The position numbers and the translations under genes were made by a program. This document shows, piece after piece, positions 40,496-50,379 of a stretch of 64,000 nt of DNA (position 1 is its first letter; the number at the start of each line of letters is the position of its first letter). The notes below the pieces were generated by a model. It saw only the letters and a program-made list of their open reading frames with translations, was not told where the DNA came from and searched no databases. Source of the stretch: Leptospira sp. GTDB taxonomy: Bacteria; Spirochaetota; Leptospiria; Leptospirales; Leptospiraceae. The stretch covers positions 224,001 through 288,000 of the forward strand of contig JAWXAQ010000016.1 of the NCBI GenBank assembly GCA_034439575.1, read 5' to 3'.

Positions 40496-42844
40496 TTGTA
40501 CATTGCCAAAGAGAACAACGTGATCAATATATGTATTACCAGTCGTCTTTCATGTTTACCTATTGTTATTGCACACAAAAAAGGTTTTTTTGAAGAATTT
40601 GACACAGATGTAACTCTTCATTCCATCACACACCATAAAGCCATCTTAGCTCTTCTTGAAGCAGGGAGAATTGAAGCTGGAGAAATCCCCTCCATAGCCT
40701 ACCTCCAAGAAAGTTTTTTGAAAAAATCAAAAAACAAACGTATCTATAAAGGATTGATGTTGTATCGATCCCCGCTTTCATATTATTCTAGATTTAGGTT
40801 TCAACCAGAGGATCTATCAAAGAAAAAAGGATATTTTATCCCTGTTCCTCATTTCAACTCTGTAGAAAGATTACTTGCAGAAAAATTTTTGGAAGATTAC
40901 GCTCCTACTAATCCGATTAAGGTGCGTTATATGGATACGCCAAGTTTTTTAGAAGAAAAAGAATTTCTAAAACCTTCATGCCTTGGACTTGCCTCAGATC
41001 CTTTACTAAGCCCATTCTTAAAAAATTATCATGATTTTCGAGATGATAGCTTAATGCCATTATTAAATTCTGATAATTTTATTCCCGCCACCTTACTTGG
41101 GTTTAGTGGTGATTGTATTTTAAATATGGGCCGGGAAGTTTCAGGAGTATTGCTTGCAGTCAAAAAAGCTATAGATTTTATAAATGAAAGTAGCCTCAAT
41201 TCAAATTCCAAAGGTTGGGATGATTTAAATTTAAGCCAATATTTCCCTTTCCTTAGAACTTCAGATTTGAAAAATTTAATTTTTTCAAATCCTCTCGTCC
41301 AAAAGGGAGTCTACTCATATGATATTAATCCAGATACATTAACTCCCCTTTTAAAAGATTCTTACTTTAGACTCATACGTAGAGTAATGACTCCAGAAGC
41401 GATTCGTCCGCTTTTGGATTTTACAGAAATATTAGAATCTTTAACTCCCAAAAAACTCTTCGATGTTCGCAAGCTAACTAGCTTTCAACGAGGAGGGGCC
41501 GCAGACCAACATGCACCTTCCTTAATCAATTATCGAAAATTGAATGCGGTGAGACATCTCATAGTCGATATAAATTCTGTAGCCTTAGATATGTTGCAAG
41601 GCAATTATCAATCCAGACTCAATACAGATGACACACTATTGTTAGATAACAGAGTCAAGGTTCTCATCAATGCAATGTTAGATTCTTTCAATTCTACCTT
41701 TGCCTTACAAAAAGATGAAATCGCCGAATTAGAAAATTTAATCTCCATATTAGAAATCAAACTAGATAGGTCTGCGGTAGATTTACAATATTCAGAAGAG
41801 AAGTATCGATACCTATTTGAATTCTCCAGAGAAGCCATTGCTCTCGTAGATGCAGATACGGGAAATATTTTAGAAGGGAACCACCAATTCCGGAATCTCA
41901 CAGGATACACACGAGGCGACCTTACAAAACTTACAATAGAAGATATAATCATTAGCGAACAAATTGCACCTCAATTGAATTTTGGGGTGGATCGTTCGCA
42001 TGATACAATGTTATCTCTCCCCGATATTGATATTTTATTAAAGGATGGTTCGACTCTTGGAGTAGATTTAAGTTTTGCATCTATATTACTTTCACCCAAA
42101 AAAAGATACCAAGTCCAATTTCGTCCCAATCTCGAGAGAAAAGAACAAGAGCGATTACAACATGAATTTATTTCAAACGTAAGCCATGAACTCCGTAGTC
42201 CCATGACTAACATCCGTGGTTATTTAGAATTTTTTAAATCAGATAGTACTTTGCCATATACCACCGAACATAAAAATATGCTCGAAGTCATTGATAAAAA
42301 TACCAAACGATTAAGTTTTTTGATCGAAAATTTACTGAAGCTTACCACCTCACGAGAGAAAGACGAAAAGGATGATGTTATAGAAATTTTTGATCCAGTA
42401 CCCATCATAGAAGATGTGATACATATGAATTCCCATCTCTCTAAAGGAAAAACTATAGAATGGGATATTTCTTTAAAGAAGGGTCTACTGATTCGTGGTA
42501 TTCGTTTCGAATTTTCACAAATTGTTACGAATCTTTATGTCAATGCTCTAAAATACACCTCGAAAGGAAAAATTTCTGTCATTTTGACTGAAAAGGGTAA
42601 CCAAGTAGAATTTGTAGTACAAGACACTGGCATAGGCATAGATCCAAATTTCAAAAATCAAATCTTTGATCGATTTTTTAGAATTCCATCATTAGACAAT
42701 CGCAAAATAGGTGGAACAGGCCTTGGTCTTTCCATAGTGAAATCGTTAGTCGATAAATTGAACGGAGAAATATTCGTTGAAAGTAAACCAGGGGAGGGGA
42801 GTACATTCAAAGTGATACTCCCAAAGGTAACTACTTCCGTTTAA
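40496..42844 (+). CDS. Sensor histidine kinase (SBP-like N-terminus, PAS, HisKA, HATPase)
   Basis: SHELRSPM, NLYVNALKYT, DTGIGI, GGTGLGL; N-terminal LPIVIAHKKGFFEE like NMT1/NrtA binding proteins. Confidence 0.9.
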   Translation: MYIAKENNVINICITSRLSCLPIVIAHKKGFFEEFDTDVTLHSITHHKAILALLEAGRIEAGEIPSIAYLQESFLKKSKNKRIYKGLMLYRSPLSYYSRFRFQPEDLSKKKGYFIPVPHFNSVERLLAEKFLEDYAPTNPIKVRYMDTPSFLEEKEFLKPSCLGLASDPLLSPFLKNYHDFRDDSLMPLLNSDNFIPATLLGFSGDCILNMGREVSGVLLAVKKAIDFINESSLNSNSKGWDDLNLSQYFPFLRTSDLKNLIFSNPLVQKGVYSYDINPDTLTPLLKDSYFRLIRRVMTPEAIRPLLDFTEILESLTPKKLFDVRKLTSFQRGGAADQHAPSLINYRKLNAVRHLIVDINSVALDMLQGNYQSRLNTDDTLLLDNRVKVLINAMLDSFNSTFALQKDEIAELENLISILEIKLDRSAVDLQYSEEKYRYLFEFSREAIALVDADTGNILEGNHQFRNLTGYTRGDLTKLTIEDIIISEQIAPQLNFGVDRSHDTMLSLPDIDILLKDGSTLGVDLSFASILLSPKKRYQVQFRPNLERKEQERLQHEFISNVSHELRSPMTNIRGYLEFFKSDSTLPYTTEHKNMLEVIDKNTKRLSFLIENLLKLTTSREKDEKDDVIEIFDPVPIIEDVIHMNSHLSKGKTIEWDISLKKGLLIRGIRFEFSQIVTNLYVNALKYTSKGKISVILTEKGNQVEFVVQDTGIGIDPNFKNQIFDRFFRIPSLDNRKIGGTGLGLSIVKSLVDKLNGEIFVESKPGEGSTFKVILPKVTTSV

Positions 42845-43643
42845 CTGTTTTTCTTGCCTTTTTCTTGGCAGCTTTCTTTTTACTCTTCGCCTTACTCTGA
42901 CTTTGTGAGGTTTTTTCCAATTTGTTTTGAATCAAATGAAGATCCGGCATTTTTTTGGGATCCAAATGCATAGTTGAAATCAAATGAGATAATTCCAACA
43001 TTTCACGTGTCCCGAGTAACCGTAATAACTCTAGAGCCGCACTGACACCTAACTTATGAAATATGGCCAAAGTATTTTCGACTCCAAAATAATTTAATAG
43101 AATAGGAAGCTCTTCGATACCACGCGTTTTTATCCACTTTTTGCAATCACTCACAGAAAGCACACTTACTAAAGATAATATGGAAGTAACATCGGATTCG
43201 GCAACCAACCATAGAAAATCTTTCATAGGAATTTCTTTAAGCAATGAAATCGCTTTGTCCATTCCTAATGTTTTTAATATTTCAACACTAGTTTCACGTC
43301 CGAGTGTCCTTGCCAATAAGCTTACATCAGCTGGAGGAATACTTCGTGCAACAAGCGCTAGATCATTCATAGGAAGTGAATGTATAAAATATACCAAATC
43401 CTCATCCGTATTTTCTCGAATCATGTCTACTAAGACACGTTCTGGAATTTGATTTACTAATTCTACAACTGTATCTTCGCTCAATTTTTGCGTCAGAACA
43501 ATCAATCTTTCTTTTGGCACTTTGCCTGTAAGCGATAGAAGTTTTTCATATCCTAGATTCTTTAGAATTTGAAACGACTTCTTTGGACCAAGTTTTTCCA
43601 AATATTGATAAACGCTTTGAATTGTGACGAGAACTTCTTTCAT
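42831..43643 (-). CDS. Helical-repeat protein (MgtE-N-like), hypothetical
   Basis: ~12-aa helical periodicity; Lys-rich tail. Confidence 0.6.
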   Translation of the reverse strand: MKEVLVTIQSVYQYLEKLGPKKSFQILKNLGYEKLLSLTGKVPKERLIVLTQKLSEDTVVELVNQIPERVLVDMIRENTDEDLVYFIHSLPMNDLALVARSIPPADVSLLARTLGRETSVEILKTLGMDKAISLLKEIPMKDFLWLVAESDVTSILSLVSVLSVSDCKKWIKTRGIEELPILLNYFGVENTLAIFHKLGVSAALELLRLLGTREMLELSHLISTMHLDPKKMPDLHLIQNKLEKTSQSQSKAKSKKKAAKKKARKTVKRK

Positions 43644-43732
43644 AAAGGAAACTGTGACTCTAGTTTAAAGAAAGGGATGTAACTTCCAGAGAAATTCCTT
43701 GCGTCTGTGGGAATTTTTTTAAAAATTGAGGA

Positions 43733-44929
43733 GTGAAAAGACATTGGTTTCTGATCTCTATATGCATTTTTATTTTTTGTTATAGCTTCCTAATTTATTG
43801 GAAGTTGAGTCCTTACTCAGGGGCTTTTTCAGCATTGATCGGAATTTGGGAAGGTTTTGCTGAAATAAATCCAGATATCGTAGATAGCGGATTTGTTATC
43901 TTTCGAGACGGCGGATACGATGGCCAATTTTTCTATTATCTCGCCAAATCCATGTTTACTGATGTGAGCTGGGATCTTATCGTAGATTCATATGCCTTTC
44001 GTCTTCATAGAATAGGCCTCACTTTATTTCTCGGTGTCCCTTCCTATTTTTTCGGCTTCCAATTTTATCCACTAATAGGCGCTATTCTTCCGATACTTGT
44101 TTTTTTATATTCAGCTAAATGTTTATACAATTTATTTTCCGATGATAAAAAATATTTGACCCTCTTTTATATATTCTCTCCATTCTCTTTGAACTCCCAC
44201 CTTTTACTAGTAGCAGATGGTTTTTTTACCTCTCTCTGTTTAATTTCAATTTATCATATTTTCAAAAAATCAAATATATATTTGATCACAGCACTACTTA
44301 TTTTGACAGTTTTTACAAGAGAAATTGGTATTTTCCTAATTATTCCCTTACTAATGGAATCTATTTACCGCCGTGATTTAAAATCGAGCTCCTTATACGC
44401 ATTACCCCTTCTATTATTTTTTGTATTTTTATTTCTAACTCGTTTTTTCGAACCAAACCATCTAGGTACAAATCCATTAGGATTCACGGATATGATCGAT
44501 TATCCATTATTTGGTTTTTATAAAAGTTTTTTTGATTCAGGGCACTTTCATTTAACAGGAAAAGAAAGTACCAAACTTTTACTCGCATTTATGTGGATAC
44601 TTTCTTCGCTTTTTTGTATTTCATTGATTCAAAATATCAAAGCAAACTTTCAAAATTATTTATGGAATTATAACAATATCTCTTTATTATTGTTTCCGGT
44701 TTGTGCAAGTTTAGGTGTTATATTTTTTGCCGAAGAAGGTTACTGGCGTTCCTTTGATAATTTATCGCGCATGTTCACTTTGATTTTGCCATTGTTGTTA
44801 TTAATTTCATCTCAGAAAAGATCAGTTTTCATTGAGATTTTTCAATATTCAAGTTTGCTATTATTCTTTTTTCTCATTATACGTATTTTAGTCATAACAA
44901 AAGTTAAGGATTTCTATTTTTCATCATGA
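43733..44929 (+). CDS. GT-C-like multi-pass membrane protein
   Basis: GYDGQFFYYLA motif, many TM helices, TRE motif. Confidence 0.65.
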   Translation: MKRHWFLISICIFIFCYSFLIYWKLSPYSGAFSALIGIWEGFAEINPDIVDSGFVIFRDGGYDGQFFYYLAKSMFTDVSWDLIVDSYAFRLHRIGLTLFLGVPSYFFGFQFYPLIGAILPILVFLYSAKCLYNLFSDDKKYLTLFYIFSPFSLNSHLLLVADGFFTSLCLISIYHIFKKSNIYLITALLILTVFTREIGIFLIIPLLMESIYRRDLKSSSLYALPLLLFFVFLFLTRFFEPNHLGTNPLGFTDMIDYPLFGFYKSFFDSGHFHLTGKESTKLLLAFMWILSSLFCISLIQNIKANFQNYLWNYNNISLLLFPVCASLGVIFFAEEGYWRSFDNLSRMFTLILPLLLLISSQKRSVFIEIFQYSSLLLFFFLIIRILVITKVKDFYFSS

Positions 44930-45762
44930 TATCAATTGCCTATAGCCCATGCCCCAATGATACTTTCCTATTTTACCACTTGGTTCATAAACAAATTCCA
45001 GGATACGATCAGATTAGTGAAGAGTTATGGGATGTTGAAAATCTAAATGAATTCGCCAAACTAGGAAAATATCCTGTCACAAAAATATCTTTTGCGGCAT
45101 ACTTTTCCGTAATTAAAAATTATATATTACTCGAAACAGGTTCGGCTTTAGGGAGAGGTTGTGGTCCACTCGTAGTGAGAAAAAAGGGGAGCCATGCCAA
45201 ATTAAAAGAAGGTTCTGACATACTCGTACCTGGCCTTCTAACGACCGCTAATCTTTTATTATCCCTTGTTACATCTGGTAGTCATAAAGCGAGGCCTATG
45301 CGCTATGATCAGATTATCCCGAATGTATTAAATGATGAATCTGAATTAGGTGTCATCATTCACGAAGAAAGATTCACTTATGAACAAAGAGGATTAGAAA
45401 AGGTCATTGATTTAGGAGAATGGTGGGAAAAAGACACTGGTTTACCCATACCCCTTGGTGCTATAGCCATTCACCGCGATATACCAAGAGATGAGGCATT
45501 GCATTTTCAATCAGGCCTCAAAAAAAGCTTAGATGCTGCGTATAACAAACCTGATGCTATGTATAAGTATATAAAAGAAAATTCTCAGAATAAAGAAGAT
45601 GACGTGATTAAGGCTCACATTGATTTATATGTTAATTCTTTCACAAAATCATTGGGTGAGGAAGGGCACAATGCGATTCAAGTTTTGTTTGATAGAGCTG
45701 TTAATGCAGGGTTTACCAAACAAAACGATGAAAATCTGCCACTTTTTTTAGGACAAAGTTAA
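44926..45762 (+). CDS. mqnD: 1,4-dihydroxy-6-naphthoate synthase (futalosine pathway)
   Basis: SPCPNDTF, GSALGRGCGP, IIHEERFTY, HIDLYVN. Confidence 0.95.
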   Translation: MISIAYSPCPNDTFLFYHLVHKQIPGYDQISEELWDVENLNEFAKLGKYPVTKISFAAYFSVIKNYILLETGSALGRGCGPLVVRKKGSHAKLKEGSDILVPGLLTTANLLLSLVTSGSHKARPMRYDQIIPNVLNDESELGVIIHEERFTYEQRGLEKVIDLGEWWEKDTGLPIPLGAIAIHRDIPRDEALHFQSGLKKSLDAAYNKPDAMYKYIKENSQNKEDDVIKAHIDLYVNSFTKSLGEEGHNAIQVLFDRAVNAGFTKQNDENLPLFLGQS

Positions 45763-48258
45763 GAGACAAAGTATAAGCCCTTTATCTCTCTTTAGGGGTT
45801 CTAATGCTTTCGCAACTAACATACCAGGCTTCAATTTATTCGGATCCGCTTTGATTGCATGACCCGAAGCTAATCCAGAAACAAGTAAGTCTCCGGGTAT
45901 AATGCCACCTTGAGTCGCATCCGCATGAATCTTTGTAAAGCCAAGAAATGCGACAAGTGCATATTCAAGCCCCTTTATTTCTTTACCGAATATTAAATTG
46001 GCACTTCCCACACAAACCCCTATGACATTGGTAGAGTAGGGGTGTTTGGATCTTGAAAGCACATTTGATTCTTCTGTTCCGACAAGTAAATCACCTGGAG
46101 TGACCACATCTCTTTGGTCTAATCGGAAAAATCTTCCGATACATTCTTCTTGCCCATCTTTGGACACACGAATGTTGCCATCAAATAATGAGTCGCCTAA
46201 CGCATGTACTGCCCTGCCAGAACCAAGCCATTCATTTTCTGGAATGCCTGCACCATTAGCAAAAATTGCATACCCTGATTGAGAAATAAATTGTCCTCCT
46301 GATGTATTGGCACCAACACCTAACACACCAGCACTATCTTTGAAATCCTTCCCTTTGGAAAGACCGATGACCCCTATTTTTTCTGAAAAACCGACAAGCC
46401 CACTTCCATTTCCTATCCCAATTATGCCTGAACCTTCACTCGTATTTTTACCATATATCACAGAGTCATTCGCGACTGGAGGGACTAGACCCTTTGATGG
46501 AGAAGAGGATTCACCAGAAATTCGTAAAAATCCAATATGGGAATCATAACTATGCTGTTTTTCGGCATATTCGTGTGTATGTGGCTTCGGATCCCTTTTG
46601 TCACTGAGTCTCGGATCATCAGCTAACACGACTTTGCCCGAAGCAGACTCTCCAAGCCTTGACAATGTGACAACGCCCGCCTTATCAAAATCAGCAGGCT
46701 GGATTCGTTTATCATCACCCTGTACAACGACCCCCGCTTTATTCTCCCCAGAATGAGCTAATTGAACAATACCATACTGTTCCGTGGTTCCATGCTTTAA
46801 TCTCTTATCATTGGCTTGTACTACTGTATCTGGCTCTTCGCCACCGTTTAACGCTAATTTTACGATACCTTTTGCAGTGGCAGTCGCATCTCTTAACCTT
46901 GAATCATCTCCAGTCACTACGCGGTCATGCGCTACTTCAGCAGAATCTGCGAGTTGCACAAGGCCATACGTTTTTTTTGTCGCAATACGTAAACGGGAAT
47001 CATTTCCTTGCACGACCACACCAGGTCTTGTTTCACCATCTTCAGCAAGTTCTACGATCCCCGAGTGCTCTGTACTTGCTGTGCGTAATCTCTCATCATC
47101 AGATTGGACAACAAGACCAGGTCTTGCCTCACCCGACCTTCCCAAACGCACCAATCCATGGGAAAGTTCAGTGGCGATTTTTAGGCGTTTATCATTTCCT
47201 TGAACAACAACTCCAGGTTTTTCTTCACCATCACTCGCAAGTTCTACGATACCGCGATATTCGGTGCTGGCATCGCGAAGTCTTCTGTCATTCGATTGGA
47301 CAACCACTCCTTCTTTTACTTCACCATCTACAGCAAGACGAATAATTCCTGAACGTAAGACAGAAGCGTAGGGGAGGGGTTCTCTCATAGGGCCACCTGA
47401 ATCTTTTTTATCAGGGCTAGAATAAAGTTCAATTTCTATAACTTCCGTTATATACTCTTTTTTGTTTTGTTGTTTTTCTTGTATAAAAACGATTTTCAAA
47501 AAACGCAAATTAACCGGAGAAACTCGCCATTTATACCATGTTCCAGGTTCAGAAAGAAAATTATTCTCTTCGTGTAACTGGTGCCAGGTGAGGTCGTCTT
47601 CACTATAATATGCTATAAACCGCTCTGGGAAATTTGTAATCGGATCATTTTTTGTCAACATACGAATTTCTTCGACTCGGTTGACACTGCCTAAATCAAA
47701 GATTAAATATTCGTCTTCAGGTTCTTCTTTTTTTTGTGAAGACCATCCATAGTCCGGCCTAGTATCGATTAAATTTTCTTTTACCCATAAGCGATCCAAT
47801 TCGGAACTCGCTTTTATACTAGTAACGCCCGTTACAAGAAGCTTCAAATTTCCGAAATTAATTCTATTTTTCCCACTGCTAGTCTTACGTGCAATTTTTG
47901 AAACGAACTTCACATAACGAGCGCTAGTTAGCGAAAAAAGCCACTTCGCTTGCGTTTTGAATGATTTGCGAAAAGCAGATTCTTGGAGTATGGGCTCCCA
48001 GTACTTTCCATCGTGCGATAATTCAAACCTAAATGAGTCAGGGAAATAGTCCAAACCGTCTTTTCCAGGATGCAATTCAATCCCATTGAAAAATACAGCT
48101 TCATCAAATTCAAAAATAATGGAGGATAGTCCCGCTTGGTCTCTTTCTTCAAAAAAGGAAACGAACTCTTGGTTTTTCAATTCGTATTGTCCCGTCGTTT
48201 TTACGGAACGAATGGGTAGCGAATTGGGGTGGCTGACACGGATCAGATTATCTTTCAT
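45748..48258 (-). CDS. Discoidin-domain protein with tail-fibre-like 32-aa repeats
   Basis: Two F5/8-type-like domains (FELSHDGKYW, YYSEDDLTW), 8 repeats, HTH tripeptide, C-terminal GDLLV..G module. Confidence 0.8.
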   Translation of the reverse strand: MKDNLIRVSHPNSLPIRSVKTTGQYELKNQEFVSFFEERDQAGLSSIIFEFDEAVFFNGIELHPGKDGLDYFPDSFRFELSHDGKYWEPILQESAFRKSFKTQAKWLFSLTSARYVKFVSKIARKTSSGKNRINFGNLKLLVTGVTSIKASSELDRLWVKENLIDTRPDYGWSSQKKEEPEDEYLIFDLGSVNRVEEIRMLTKNDPITNFPERFIAYYSEDDLTWHQLHEENNFLSEPGTWYKWRVSPVNLRFLKIVFIQEKQQNKKEYITEVIEIELYSSPDKKDSGGPMREPLPYASVLRSGIIRLAVDGEVKEGVVVQSNDRRLRDASTEYRGIVELASDGEEKPGVVVQGNDKRLKIATELSHGLVRLGRSGEARPGLVVQSDDERLRTASTEHSGIVELAEDGETRPGVVVQGNDSRLRIATKKTYGLVQLADSAEVAHDRVVTGDDSRLRDATATAKGIVKLALNGGEEPDTVVQANDKRLKHGTTEQYGIVQLAHSGENKAGVVVQGDDKRIQPADFDKAGVVTLSRLGESASGKVVLADDPRLSDKRDPKPHTHEYAEKQHSYDSHIGFLRISGESSSPSKGLVPPVANDSVIYGKNTSEGSGIIGIGNGSGLVGFSEKIGVIGLSKGKDFKDSAGVLGVGANTSGGQFISQSGYAIFANGAGIPENEWLGSGRAVHALGDSLFDGNIRVSKDGQEECIGRFFRLDQRDVVTPGDLLVGTEESNVLSRSKHPYSTNVIGVCVGSANLIFGKEIKGLEYALVAFLGFTKIHADATQGGIIPGDLLVSGLASGHAIKADPNKLKPGMLVAKALEPLKRDKGLILCLLTLS
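46600..47367 (-). repeat. Eight tandem 96-bp (32-aa) coding repeats
   Basis: Consensus A-S/T-x4-G-I/L-V-x-LA-x2-GE-x3-GVVVQ-x-N/D-D-x-RL, counted in the translation. Confidence 0.9.
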
Positions 48259-48303
48259 GCTATATTAAACTTCCTTCCAAAAATTTCAATTTTTCTCTCT
48301 AGT

Positions 48304-49215
48304 CTATCGAATTTCACTCAAACGTGATTCTTCTTCTTTTTCTTGAAAAATAACGACCAGCTTCGGGGAAACTTTTTCAGTGAAATATTTATGTATAATT
48401 TGTTTTGCAAAACCGGAAACGGGGGAAATGATCAATAAAACCTTTCCATCCAGATGGATCTCTATTTTTTCCAAATCCTTCCAAGTTGTATGAGAAAGCT
48501 GCTGGCTTGCCCATCCCAAAAATCCTAACCAAGAAGCAGGGTGGGTGACCTGTACTTCATCTGTTTTAATCTGCTCAAATTTAGTCAATTTTCCATTCTT
48601 TTGCATTACCTTCTCTTTGCAGAGACCAAGTAAATAATTCATATCTTTTTCCAGTTGCAAAGATGACGCATGAGAATAGCAAGAAAATGCGATATCCGTC
48701 CCAAAAAGGGAGACTAGTTCTTCCAGGGAACTTGTCTTTTCTTCCTGCTTTGGATTCAAATTCCCTTTGGGGTCTAATTGGTTAGTATTAGATATAGTTA
48801 TATTAATATGGTTCGGGGATATTCCAGTAACCCCCTTATCTGGATTTTGATCCCCCCCTGCCTGGTCAAAACGTATCCCACCGTGGGGTATATTTGTATC
48901 CCCGAGGGGGGTAATTTTGGATCCCTCATAGTGGAATGAAAAGTGGTATCTGGTCGCAGTTTTTCCGCTCCCAGGGACTTGGTACAAAAGACCGGCTTTG
49001 GTCAGTTCTTTTTTTGCCTGAACGATTGATTTTTTAGTTTTGAAACCTGTTAATCCGAGTAGGGTTTCTGTGCCAGGCCAAACCGGCTTAAACTTAGAAT
49101 CACTAAATTTCAAAAGCACCGGGTACAGAGTTTTAGCGGCACTGGACAAATTTGCCCAGACACCAGAATCTATAATGTCCGTCATAAAGCGGATATAGGG
49201 ATGGTAGTCACTCAT
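48304..49215 (-). CDS. Putative replication initiator (wHTH) of the secondary replicon
   Basis: WANLSSAAKTLYPVL...WPGTETL...GFKTKKSIVQAKKELTKAGLL phage/plasmid Rep-like HTH; GGAGG RBS; follows parAB. Confidence 0.75.
   Translation of the reverse strand: MSDYHPYIRFMTDIIDSGVWANLSSAAKTLYPVLLKFSDSKFKPVWPGTETLLGLTGFKTKKSIVQAKKELTKAGLLYQVPGSGKTATRYHFSFHYEGSKITPLGDTNIPHGGIRFDQAGGDQNPDKGVTGISPNHINITISNTNQLDPKGNLNPKQEEKTSSLEELVSLFGTDIAFSCYSHASSLQLEKDMNYLLGLCKEKVMQKNGKLTKFEQIKTDEVQVTHPASWLGFLGWASQQLSHTTWKDLEKIEIHLDGKVLLIISPVSGFAKQIIHKYFTEKVSPKLVVIFQEKEEESRLSEIR
48782..48927. repeat. Iteron-like array plus AT-rich tract inside rep (putative origin)
   Basis: Five G-tract-led units at a 23-bp period (48811-48927); AT-rich tract 48782-48810. 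Confidence 0.6.
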
Positions 49216-49275
49216 CCGACCTCCTATAAAATTGCGCAAAAAACAAACTAATTCTAAGCAAATTTTACGAAGGTC

Positions 49276-49368
49276 TTGACATTATTTGACATAATGTTAA
49301 TTATGTCTCATCCAACAACATTCCTTCGGGAAAACCCGGTCCCCTGTTCGCGCAGGGGATTTTTTTTA
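49276..49368 (+). ncRNA. Putative small antisense (counter-transcribed) RNA with promoter and terminator
   Basis: TTGACA at 49276 and 49286; hairpins CGGG-AAAA-CCCG and TCCCCTG-TTCGCG-CAGGGGA followed by a T-run. Confidence 0.5.
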
Positions 49369-49554
49369 TCTTTCTCGCAAGATATAGGTTTTCCTACGTT
49401 CCGTATCTATTTTTATCGGGACGAAGTACTTAAATTTCGTTTACTATATTATGTCACATTATTGCCAAATCCCAGAGACTGTCAAGTTTGTACCTAATTT
49501 TTTGCCTAGGCACCTAATATTTTTTGTCTAAGTACTTGACAAGCAAGTACTTGT

Positions 49555-50379
49555 TTAGGTATTGGCTGATTCGCCGAATTTTTTTGAAAGTTCCTTTTTC
49601 AGGTATTTCAGAATTTCTCCGAGCAAAATTTCATCTTCCGATTGGATGGAAATTGTGTTTCCTGTCCGCTTTACTTTATATTGAGCAGGTATCCTTCTCT
49701 CGGGAGATGTTTTGGTTTCTTTCCCTTTTTTATTAAAATCTTTGGCATCCCGAACTGTCTTCAAAACACCTTTAGAATACATCTCTAAAAAATTTTGCAA
49801 AGAGCCACTTTTTGCAGCCTGTGCAGCTTGGACGAGAAGGTTCTTATTTTGTATATTTACAGCTCTACATTTCGCCAAATCAGGTTTTGTCATGCCAGCA
49901 ATGGAGAGCACTTCGGACATATAACTTCGACTTTTTCCAAAAAGATCCCCCAGTTCTGCATCAGTATAACTGTGAGCATTTTTCAAAAAGAGTAGGGCAT
50001 CCACTTCTTCATAAGGTGATAAATTTTCTCTTTGGAGGTTTTCGATAACGGCAAGTTTATAAATTTCCTTTTCTGGACGGTCTAGAATTTTACATTCAAT
50101 TTCAGTCCAGCCAATTGATTTTGCCGCGTGGAATCTTCTTTCCCCGGCGATGATTCGGTAATGGTCCTCACCACGACCTTTCGAAACTACAATTGGTTGT
50201 AACAACCCATCCGTACGAAGGGAAGAGGCTAACTCATCGATTCCTTTCTTTCTTTCTTGCCTTGGTTGGTTTTCTGCTGGTTCGATTTTATCCAAACGGA
50301 TTGTTCGAATCGTTCCATCTAAATTTTCGGATTGGTAAATATCGGCAAGTGAGCCGAGTCTTTTACTTTTTAAGCTCAC
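49555..50379 (-). CDS. parB: ParB family partition protein (origin locus)
   Basis: ENQPR, GLLQPIVV, IIAGERRFHA, IENLQRENL, GKSRSY HTH. Confidence 0.95.
   Translation of the reverse strand: MSLKSKRLGSLADIYQSENLDGTIRTIRLDKIEPAENQPRQERKKGIDELASSLRTDGLLQPIVVSKGRGEDHYRIIAGERRFHAAKSIGWTEIECKILDRPEKEIYKLAVIENLQRENLSPYEEVDALLFLKNAHSYTDAELGDLFGKSRSYMSEVLSIAGMTKPDLAKCRAVNIQNKNLLVQAAQAAKSGSLQNFLEMYSKGVLKTVRDAKDFNKKGKETKTSPERRIPAQYKVKRTGNTISIQSEDEILLGEILKYLKKELSKKFGESANT

Noticed and set aside
43001-43300. TTTCACGT half-sites resembling canonical parS, and a DnaA-box-like TTATCCAC near 43130
   Set aside because: Isolated, non-palindromic, inside a CDS; expected by chance
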